From contig OX597815.1 of the NCBI GenBank assembly GCA_951406725.2, forward strand, positions 49,352,001-49,416,000: a stretch of DNA of 64,000 nucleotides. Reading direction: 5' to 3'. Both the position numbers and the translations under genes were made by a program. The notes under the pieces were generated by a model that was not told the DNA's origin, made no database searches, and saw nothing but the letters and a program-made list of their open reading frames with translations. This document shows positions 12,932 through 21,789 of the stretch, in pieces; positions within the stretch are counted from its first letter, which is position 1, and each line of letters begins with the position of its first letter. The stretch is from Octopus vulgaris. Lineage: Eukaryota.

Positions 12932-13000
12932 CCAGAACGTAGGTTTCGAGCTCTTCAAATATGTTTGTCGACGTAAATTTGATTAGTTTTCATCAGCTGG
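12932..13000 (-). ncRNA. Type I hammerhead ribozyme, intact core
   Basis: Minus strand reads CCAG-CTGATGA-aaact..TCAAAT..ATTTGA..agctc-GAAA-C-CTAC-G-TT-CTGG. Stem I is CCAG/CTGG. Confidence 0.7.
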
Positions 13001-13244
13001 ATTTACCTGGATAATATTTCAAATGTTGCTACATCAATGCCAGTGTATTCACCTGAATGCTTAGCCATTAACAGACTGAGAACAGTGAAAAAGTTTTCAA
13101 TGAAAAATAAAATATTGCAATACAAATGTATAACTTTCCAGTAAAATAAAGCACCGTAAAGGTAGAAGTACAAATATAGAGTAGTGGTACAAGAAGGTAC
13201 CAATGTTTCCTGGAAATAGCATTTGAAATATTGTCCAGGTAAAT

Positions 13245-13313
13245 TCAGCTGATGAAGACTAATCAAATTTATGTTGACAAACGTATTGGAAGAGTTCAAA
13301 ACCTAGGTACTGG
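13245..13313 (+). ncRNA. Inverted sister copy of the hammerhead (G12A mutation)
   Basis: TCAG-CTGATGA-agact...agttc-AAAA-CCTAGG-TA-CTGG, with palindromic stem III CCTAGG and a GTA triplet. Confidence 0.62.
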
Positions 13314-13559
13314 ATTATCTGATTCTGGGTTGTCCATTTATCTAATGTTCTTCCTAGAGGTAAGACAAAATTGTTCATGTTTACTTCCCTCACACGTCAT
13401 TGCCAGTATATATACACATTGAAGCTTTACTGGTTGCCAAGTAAACTTCTCAGCTGTGCAGCCATACTTCCATACATCTTTATATGTGTGTTGTGTGTGT
13501 GTGTACATGTGCACGCACACATTCACACACACAAAAATATACATATTTACACCGATGAT

Positions 13560-13760
13560 GATGATGATGACAATCATCATTTAACATTCATCTTCTATGC
13601 TGCCATGAGTTTCAAAGTGTTGGATGATTTGACAGGATCCAAAGACACACAGGACTGTGATATTCTTCAATGTCTGTTTTGGAATGGTTTCTTTTATTGG
13701 ATGCTCTTTGTAACATCATCCACTATACAGTGTGTGCTGGGTGCTTTTTTTTTATATATA
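13560..13760 (-). mobile_element. Degenerate RTE 3'-end remnant
   Basis: CATCATTTAACATTC..TTCTATGCTGCCATG...TTGGATGCTCTT...CCACTATACAGTGTGTGCTGGGTGCTTTT resembles 18000-18160. Confidence 0.6.
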
Positions 13761-14059
13761 TTATCAGTACTAATGCAACTTGCATGACTAAAAGCTTTAA
13801 GTGGCCTCTATAAATGAAAGAGAGTAGAAGAGTGAGGGTGCAATGATTCTTGGTGGAGCTATGAGAGAAGATAAAATGTGGTCAGATATGAAATGTTTAA
13901 TACATATGTAAAATGAAAGTGTTTTAAATTTGATAAAATTAACATTTTCAGAATGATCATCAGCTCTTGTTTTCACTAACAGTTTTTATCATTTGCACAA
14001 GCACAAACACTCACTAAGGACTAAGGACTCACTAAACAAGAATTCAGATGAGACCCTAC

Positions 14060-14515
14060 TCAGGTAAATGACCCTTCTTGATTTAGGAAAGGCGGATGCA
14101 GAAATTCTATTTGACGTACCTGGTGAAAGCTATGTACATACAAGAGGCACAGTAGAATAGTATATAATGTTTATATGTAGAAGGTGCACCAGAGCCATAA
14201 AAACTACAGATGCATGGGAAACTGACTCCATCAAATGTCTCAGAGACTCTCTAGAAGTAGTCGATAATTTCTGCTGCCTAGGTGACCTAATTAGTAGTGG
14301 AGGAAGATATACTGAAAGTGTAATAGCTAGAATAAGAATAGGATTGAAAACATTCAGAGAGTTTTTACCTTTGATGACAACCAAAGGTCACTTTTTCGCT
14401 TGGAGTGAAAGTAAGATTGTATTATGCATGTGTACAAATTGCAATGTTACATGGTAGTTGAGGACATGTGAAGACTAGCGAGGAATGAAGCTGGTATACT
14501 CCACTGGATGTGCAG
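14060..14515 (+). pseudogene. Degenerate RTE RT fragment of the same PHD-containing family
   Basis: ORF 14167..14457 (FICRRCTRAIK...DSLEVVDNFCCLGDLISSGGRYTESVIARIRIGLKTFREFLPLMTTKG) aligns with FVCGKC...DKLEVVDSFRYLGDQVSSGGGCAESVTARVRIAWAKFRELLPLLVTKG of the intact copy. Stops and frameshifts are present. Confidence 0.88.
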
Positions 14516-14912
14516 TGATCAAACTTACTATAACTTGATAAACATTTAGCTTTTATTAAATATGAAGTACTTCTATTTTGTTTGTAGCAGCACTTAAAAT
14601 CATTATATTAAGCCCTTACACATTGATCCATGCAACCATCCATCCATCCATCCATTTTTATTATCCATTATTCCTTGAAGGATCATGGTGGATAGAGTCC
14701 TATTTAGGGTCCAGTCAAAAACAACTGACCAGCAAAGACTATGGACATTATTCAACCATCCCACTTGGGCTTTATCCTTACATCTGCCACCTGACTTAGC
14801 TTGAGCAATTTGTTTCATGAGACATTCTAGCCACATATCCAAAGTACTAGCGCTGAGACCTTTCGATGCAGCCTGAACTAGAGAGACTCACTGATATCCA
14901 AACTAGAACAAA

Positions 14913-15185
14913 GTGGCACTCCATCGGTTACAATGATGAGGGTTCCAGTTGGTCCTATCAATGGAAAAACCTGCTTGTGAAATTTACGTGCAAGTGGCTG
15001 AGCACTCCACAGACATGTGTACCCTTAATGTAGTTCTCAGGAAGATTCAGTGCAACACAGAATGTGACAAGGCTAACCCTTTGAATTACAGATACAACTC
15101 ATTTTTGCCAGGTGAGTGAACTGGAACAATGAGAAATAAAATGTCTTGCTCAAGGACACAACACCCCACCAGGAACTGAACTCAC
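14913..15185 (-). mobile_element. SINE family B
   Basis: Reverse-complement similarity to 57915-58233. Confidence 0.8.
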
Positions 15186-16219
15186 ATCAAGTTACATTAC
15201 TCCAGAGACCCTTTGGAGGAACCCCATTTCAGCCACATGTATTTGCAATCATACACCAATTGTAAATAGATGACAAATCAAAATAACTAAATGAATATAA
15301 TAATTTCCCAAAACAACAAATAAACAAAGACAACAAGAACTAATTTTCATCATTGTGTTTGCTTTGTATTTTTTGTTTCACCTTTTATGTTCTACATTTT
15401 TAGCCAACAGGTTTCATTAGAATTTTAGGTGAACAACAAACAAGAAACAAAACAAAGGAACTATGTAACATATTGTTTTCTTACTCAGGCACAAAATTAC
15501 AAACTTCTAAACTAAAAATGTGAGAATGTGGCACATTCATTGTTTACCTTATCCAAAAATATTGGTTTCAAATTTTGACACAACGCCAGTAATATCAGAG
15601 AGGTCAATTACATTGACCCCCCAGAGCTCAACCAATACTTATTTTATCGAACATGAAAGAATGAAAGGTAAAGTTGACCCTGGTGGAATTTGAACTCAGA
15701 ATGTTAGAATGGATGAAACAGCGCTAATCATTTTGCCTGGCATGCTAATAATTCTGCCAGTTTGCTGTCTTGCCTTACCCAAGAATATTGGCAGTAAAAA
15801 GGAGAGGTAAAACAGAATAATTTACCTTTAAGAATTAACGAAATCTTCATGGACTAAGTTCATCAGCCCCTTAGCTCATGCTTTTCAATACAGATTCTAT
15901 TTTGATGATGATGATGATGATGAAGGTGATGGTGGTGATGATGTTGATGATGATAATGGGTATTCTTTCATTGCTGTAAAGCTTTAGTCAATTAGATTTA
16001 AGTGAGAACTACCACTGGATGTGAACTTAGAAACAGAGCTGCTCATAAAGCATTAAGACTTTATTGGTAAAGAATTTTCTTGGAACTAATGAAAGTCTCA
16101 GATCAAAGAAGGTAGGATTCTAGTTCTCCACATGACCATATATTCAGTGTACATCCTACATTTTCTGTGTATGTAATCCTCTCTTCAGAAAGGAAATAAC
16201 CCCATTTGGTGATTATGAA

Positions 16220-16251
<32 letters not shown>

Positions 16252-16382
16252 CAATGTTGATGATGATGTATAAATTACTGATGATGACAATGATTATGAA
16301 GTTATATTACTGATGATGATGATGATGATGATGATGATGGTGGTTGTGGTGGTGGTGGTGGTGGCAGCGGCAGTGGTGGTGG

Positions 16383-16421
<39 letters not shown>

Positions 16422-17756
16422 GGAAGATGATGACGACAATGGTAATGATGATGATACGGGGGAGGAGGAGGAGGAGGAGGGTAGTAGATGTGATGACGAT
16501 GGCAGAGCTGATGGTGATGTGGATGATGGTGGTAGTGCTGCTGTTGATAACGATATTAATGATGATGAGGATGATGAGTGAGGGGCTATATATATATTGA
16601 TGGTGTTGAGAAGGAAAGAGGCATGATGATGATGATGAAGTAAAAGAGAATATACTAATGATGATGATGATGATGATGATGTCAGTGATGAAAAGAAAAG
16701 ATAGAAAAGACATGACTAACAAAACAAACAAAAAAAAACAAATAAGGCAAAAAGGACAGGAGAGTTAATGGTGAATGGTTTTGAAGGGGCTGTGATGTTA
16801 GGAGGTATGGTGGGAGAAATGGAGAGGAATTCAGTATTCAGGCATACTCACATAACAAGGTAAGTTGATAGTCATCAGGTAAACGAACTGAAAGCACTGT
16901 TGTGTATAGGAAGAGGAGAAGGAGGAGGAGGTAAGATAGAGGGGAGAACAAAGTTCCCGAGATAAACCTACTTTCACCTCTCTCTTTTACGCACATACCC
17001 AAACACCCAATCTTTGCCACTCAAGGCTGCCCACTCACATACTCTGTGTTATATCTGAATGATATCAGGGTGTTTGGTTACAAACAAGAAATTAAAATAT
17101 AAAATTACAACAAACAAAATTCAACTGATTCCTTATGCTTCATCAAACAGCTGCTTTTTGTGACATAAGGGAGCGTTCATGACAGTTTCCCCTTTTTGGT
17201 TTTGGAATTAAGGCATCGAAATGATACACTGATTACTAGCAATCTAGAATATTCATGGGGGTTTTTACCTTCAAATTTCCTTCTTCATTTTACATTTTTC
17301 CCCCTGTATTTTGTAAAGTTTCAGAGTAAATATCTCCAAGGGAAGCCCTGGTGGGTATGTAAGACGTGTTTAGCTGAACATTTATAACTTGAATTTTTAA
17401 ATGGAAAAGTGATAGATGTGCCCCCCTGGATAGTATAGGATACCAGTCTATGGTAAGTAATATCCCCTGAGGATCTGATACCTGTCTATGCACTTATGTG
17501 AACCGTGACATATTTTGATGTTAAGTGTCCTTCCCAGAGAGACAACTGCTAGCCTGCTATGGATTTAAACTCAATAAGTAAAAAGTTTCACTGCCCTAGC
17601 TCAATGGTTTTCTCAAACTGTGCACACATCCATGGCATGGTGCTGGGTTGCAGGATATAACTAGGAATACTGCAAAAATTAAACTTAAAAGGTGTGTGAA
17701 ACATGTACTGAAATTCTAAATATAAAGTTATAACAACTATACTTAATAATTATGAA

Positions 17757-17923
17757 TAGGTGCAGACGTGGCTCTGTGGTAAGAAGCTTACTTCCCAACC
17801 ACATGGTTCCAAGTTCAGTTCCACTGCACGGCACTTTGAGCAAGGGTCTTCTACTATGGCTTCAGGCTGACCAAAGCCTTGTGAGTAGACTTAGTAGACA
17901 GAAATTGAAAGAAGCCCATTATA

Positions 17924-17925
<2 letters not shown>
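17757..17925 (+). mobile_element. SINE family A head; the RTE element sits in its microsatellite
   Basis: AGGTGCAGACGTGGCTCTGTGGTAAG...GTTCAGTTCCACTGCACGGCAC...GAAAGAAGCCC followed by (TA)n. Confidence 0.82.
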
Positions 17926-17971
<46 letters not shown>

Positions 17972-18157
17972 TATATACATCATCATCATCATCATCATCA
18001 TCATCATTTAGCGTCCGTTTTCCATGCTAGCATGGGTTGGACGGTTCAACTGGGGTCTGGGGAGCCCGAAGGCTGCACCAGGCCAGTCAGATCTGGCAGT
18101 GTTTCTACAGCTGGATGCCCTTCCTAACGCCAACCACTCCGAGAGTGTAGTGGGTGA

Positions 18158-19640
18158 TTTTATGTGCCACCGACACAGGTGCCAGACGAGGCTGGCGAAC
18201 GGCCACGCTCGGATGGTGTTTTTATGTGCCACCGACACAGGTGCCAGACGAGGCTGGCAGACGGCCACGCTCGGATGGTGTTTTTATGTGCCACCGACAC
18301 AGGTGCCAGATGAGGCTGGCGGACGGCCACGATCGGATGGTGTTTGTTACGTCCCCAAAGCACGGAGGCCAGTCTATGCGGTACTGGCTACGGCCACGTT
18401 CGGATGATTTTCTTGTGTGCCACCGGCACTGGTACCACAAAGATACAAATTCCATTTATGTTCATCTATTTTGATTTGTTTTGATTTGATTTGATTTTTT
18501 TTTTTTTTGATTTTCACTTGCCTCAACAGGTCTTCACAAGTGTCACAAGAAGGAAGGTATGCACAGGTGGACTGTCTACGTCGCCGGGTCTTCGGATGGT
18601 GTCTTTATGTGCCACCGACACAGGTGCCAGATGTGGCTGGCGAACGGCCACGATCGGATGGTTTTCTTGTGTGCCACCGGTACTGGAACCACAAAGATAC
18701 AAATTCCATTGATGTTCATCTATTTTGATTTGGTTTGATTTTCACTTGCCTCAACAGGTCTTCACAAGTGTCACGCGTGTCACACACTTGCCTCAACAGG
18801 TCTCCACAAGTGTCACACACTTGCCTCTGCCTCAACAGGTCTTCACAAAGTGTCACACACTTGCCTCTGCCTCAACAGGTCTTCACAAGTGTCATAAGAG
18901 GGAAAGGTATGCACAGGTGGACTGACTACGTCGCCGGGTCTTTGGATGGTGTTTTTATGTGCCACCGACACAGGTGCCAGGTGAGGCTGGCGAACGGCCA
19001 CGATCAGATGGTGTTTGTTGTGCCCACAGCACGGAGGCCAGTCGATGCGGTACCAGCTACGGCCACGTTCGGATGGTTTTCTTGTGTGCCACCGGTACTG
19101 GAACCACAAAGATACAAATTCCATTGATATTCATCTATTTTGATTTGATTTGGTTTGATTTTCACTTGCCTCAACAGGTCTTCACACGGGTCACACACTT
19201 GCCTCAACAGGTCTCCACAAGTGTCACACACTTGCCTCTGCCTCAACAGGTCTTCACAAGTGTCACACACTTGCCTCAACAGGTCTTCACAAGTGTCATA
19301 AGAGGGAAGGTATGCACAGGTGGACTGACTACGTCGCCGGGTCTTCGGATGGTGTCTTTATGTGCCACCGGCACAGGTGCCAGATGAGGCTGGCGAACGG
19401 CCACGATCGGATGGTGTTTGTTGTGCCCACAGCACGGAGGCCAGTCGATGCGGTACTGGTTACGGCCACGTTTGGGTGGTTTTCTTGTGTGCCACCGGCA
19501 CTGGTACCACAAAGAATACAATTCCACTGATGTTCATCTATTTTGATTTGTTTTGATTTGATTTGATTTTCACTTGCCTCAACAGGTCTTTATAAGTGTC
19601 ACAAGAAGGAAGGTATGCACAGGACTGACTACGTCCCAAG
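18158..19640. repeat. Hierarchical tandem repeat array in the RTE 3' UTR (62-bp A units, B variants, C blocks with ~28-34-bp subrepeats)
   Basis: TATGTGCCACCG begins at 18161, 18223 and 18285 (period 62). Order on + strand is AAABC-AC-ABC-ABC. CACTTGCCTCAACAGGTCTTCACAAGTGT subrepeats occur at 18743-18895 and 19163-19300. Confidence 0.92.
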
Positions 19641-19664
19641 TCGGGGCCACGGGTTATGGCCTGA

Positions 19665-20981
19665 CTAGTCTTGCCGGGTCTTCTCATGCACAGCATACTT
19701 CCATAGGTCTCGGTCTCTAGACATTTCCTTAGTGAGACCTAAAGTTCGAAGGTCGTGCTTCACCACCTCGTCCCAGGTTTTCCTGGGTCTACCTCTTCCA
19801 CAGGTTCCCTCCACTGCTAGGGTGTAGCACTTTTGCACACAACTATCTTCAGCCTTTCTTGTCACATGACCATACCAGCGCAGCCGTCTCTCTTGCACGC
19901 CACAACTGACGCTTCTTAGGTTCAGCTTTTCTCTCAAGGAACTTACACTCTGACGATTATGAACACTGACATTACACATCCATCGGAGCATACTGGCTTC
20001 ATTTCTTGCGAGCTTACGCATATCCTCAGCAGTCACGGCCCATGTTTCACTACCATGTAGCATGGCTGTACGTACACATGCATCATACAGTCTGCCTTTT
20101 ACTCTGAGCGAGAGGCCTTTTGTCACCAGCAGGGGTAAGAGCTCTCTAAACTTTGCCCAGGCTATTCTTACTCTAGCAGTTACACTTTCAGCACACCCAC
20201 CCCCGCTACTGACTTGGTCTCCTAGGTAGCGGAAGCTATCAACTACTTCTAGTTTGTCTCCCTGGAACGTGGCAGAAGTTGGTCTCTGCATATTTCCAGT
20301 GTTTATTGCTCCTGAGCATTTGCCACAGACAAAAACTATTTTCCTAGTTAGCCTTCCTTTGACATTGCTGCACCTCTTATGTGTCCATAGCTTACACTTG
20401 GTGCATCTTATAGAGTTCCTACCTACACCTTTTTTACAGATCGAGCAGGGCCATCTACCTGTAGGCGTTTGTGATTGATCTACCTTCCTACTTATTAGAA
20501 CTTTGGTTTTGGCTAGGTTGATTCTAAGGCCCTTCGATTCTAATCCTTGTTTCCACACCTGGAACTTCTCCTCCAGTTCTGATAGTGACTCAGCAATTAG
20601 AGCAAGGTCATCAGCATAGAGGAGCTCCCAGGGGCAACCTGTCTTGAATTCCTCCGTTATTGCCTGGAGGACTATGATAAATAGGAGGGGACTGAGGACT
20701 GAACCTTGGTGGACCCCAACCTCTACCCGGAATTCTTCACTGTACTCGTTGCCCACCCTCACCTTACTAGCAGCGTCTCTGTACATGGCTTGCACAGCTC
20801 TCACCAACCATTCTTCTATCCCTAGTTTCCTCATTGACCACCAGATAAGGGACCGGGGGACCCTGTCAAAGGCTTTCTCCAAGTCAACAAAAGCCAGGTA
20901 CAAGGGCTTATCTTTGGCTAGGTATTTCTCCTGCAGCTGTCTTACCAGGAATATAGCATCAGTAGTACTTTTCCCTGGCAC
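19665..20981 (-). CDS. Reverse transcriptase, C-terminal 438 aa of RTE ORF2, 5'-truncated (no APE domain), with internal PHD-type zinc finger
   Basis: Motifs STTDAIF, AFVDLEKAFDRVP, GVHQGSVLSPLLF, LLYADDL, FRYLG, HGSETW, RRLRWYGHV and GRGRPRKTW, with no stop or frameshift. The first 49 aa of ORF 19665..21128 are microsatellite read-through. Confidence 0.95.
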   Translation of the reverse strand: MPGKSTTDAIFLVRQLQEKYLAKDKPLYLAFVDLEKAFDRVPRSLIWWSMRKLGIEEWLVRAVQAMYRDAASKVRVGNEYSEEFRVEVGVHQGSVLSPLLFIIVLQAITEEFKTGCPWELLYADDLALIAESLSELEEKFQVWKQGLESKGLRINLAKTKVLISRKVDQSQTPTGRWPCSICKKGVGRNSIRCTKCKLWTHKRCSNVKGRLTRKIVFVCGKCSGAINTGNMQRPTSATFQGDKLEVVDSFRYLGDQVSSGGGCAESVTARVRIAWAKFRELLPLLVTKGLSLRVKGRLYDACVRTAMLHGSETWAVTAEDMRKLARNEASMLRWMCNVSVHNRQSVSSLREKLNLRSVSCGVQERRLRWYGHVTRKAEDSCVQKCYTLAVEGTCGRGRPRKTWDEVVKHDLRTLGLTKEMSRDRDLWKYAVHEKTRQD

Positions 20982-21025
20982 ATATATATATATATAGACA
21001 GATAGATAGATAGATAGATAGATAG

Positions 21026-21071
<46 letters not shown>

Positions 21072-21107
21072 ACATACATACACACACATATATATATATA
21101 CATATAT

Positions 21108-21310
21108 CATCATCATCATCATCATCATTTAACGTCTGCTTTCCATGCTGGCCTGGGTAGGACGGTTTGACTGAGGAGTGGTGAGCCAGAGGCTGTACCA
21201 GGCTCAATCTGATCAGGCAAAGTTTCTACAGTTGGATGCCCTTCCTAATTCCAACCACTCTAAGAGTGTAGTGGGTGCTTTTTACATGTCACCGGCACAA
21301 AGGCCAGTCA
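21108..21310 (-). mobile_element. RTE LINE 3'-end fragment with (ATG)n tail
   Basis: Clear similarity to 17980-18175 (TTCCATGCT..GGACGGTT..TTTCTACAG.TGGATGCCCTTCCTAA..CCAACCACTC..AGAGTGTAGTGGGTG). Confidence 0.85.
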
Positions 21311-21581
21311 TATTTCAACTCTAATAAGAGTCTTTCTCAGAGGCTGTTCTTTCCACAGAGAACTATACAACTAATAGTTAGTGGAAAACTATGGTTTTTG
21401 GCTATCCTTTGTGACAACCAAACTGACTATCTACTTAGTTAAGCTTAACATATTTTCAATTGCAGCAAACACAAATATAAAAAGTGGCTGCCTGTATTGT
21501 CCACACACCTCATGCTATGCTATGTGTATACAACATGCATATATTAACCAGTGTATATTTATATACTTATACTTCTTTCAA

Positions 21582-21789
21582 CCATTTAGCATTCAGCTTA
21601 TTCTATCAAATATAATGCTTATTTATTCACACTATTTTGAATTAATCATAGCCTTAAGATCTCGATGATGCAATTATTTATTTTCAGAATGACTTTGTAG
21701 GGTAGGTGTGAGAGGTTGGACCTGATCAGTTTTAACATAAAACAGGTGGAATATTTCGGTCAGGTATGGCAGGTTTAAATGCTAAAAGG
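21582..21789. mobile_element. piggyBac-type MITE, same family as 46179-46395
   Basis: CCATTTAGCATTCAG...TTTAAATGCTAAAAGG-TTAA, with internal similarity to the 46-kb copy. Confidence 0.78.

Larger units (their letters stand above)
12672..13431. mobile_element. Penelope-like pseudo-LTR relic with direct and inverted duplications
   Basis: Direct repeat 12672-12793 / 13100-13221. Inverted repeat 12816-13025 / 13220-13431, each arm with a hammerhead motif. Confidence 0.7.
17980..20981 (-). mobile_element. 5'-truncated RTE-clade non-LTR retrotransposon (LINE): RT ORF, 1.65-kb 3' UTR and (ATG)n tail
   Basis: Intact RT ORF followed by a 3' terminus ...CATGGAAAACGGACGCTAAA(TGA)n. The same terminus recurs at 7795-7940, 21108-21310 and 61411-61618. 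Homology stops abruptly at 20981 in a (TA)n tract, a typical 5' truncation. Confidence 0.93.

Noticed and set aside
17325-17354. 30-nt micro-exon with good splice signals
   Set aside because: It has an immediate stop in the phase required by the 8291-8503 exon and no other support.
18300-18330. CAGATGAG...G(A/G)AC in A units as hammerhead cores
   Set aside because: They lack CUGANGA and GAAA and have no stem I/III; the segment folds as a simple hairpin.
18158-19640. CRISPR-like repeat-spacer array next to an RT
   Set aside because: The intervening segments are themselves repeated rather than unique spacers, there are no cas genes, and the context is a eukaryotic LINE 3' UTR. The overlapping ORFs here are artefacts of GC-rich repeats.
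17968-20988. CACATATATA as target-site duplication of the RTE element
   Set aside because: It is low-complexity and partly overlaps the element's own Val codon, so it cannot be distinguished from chance.
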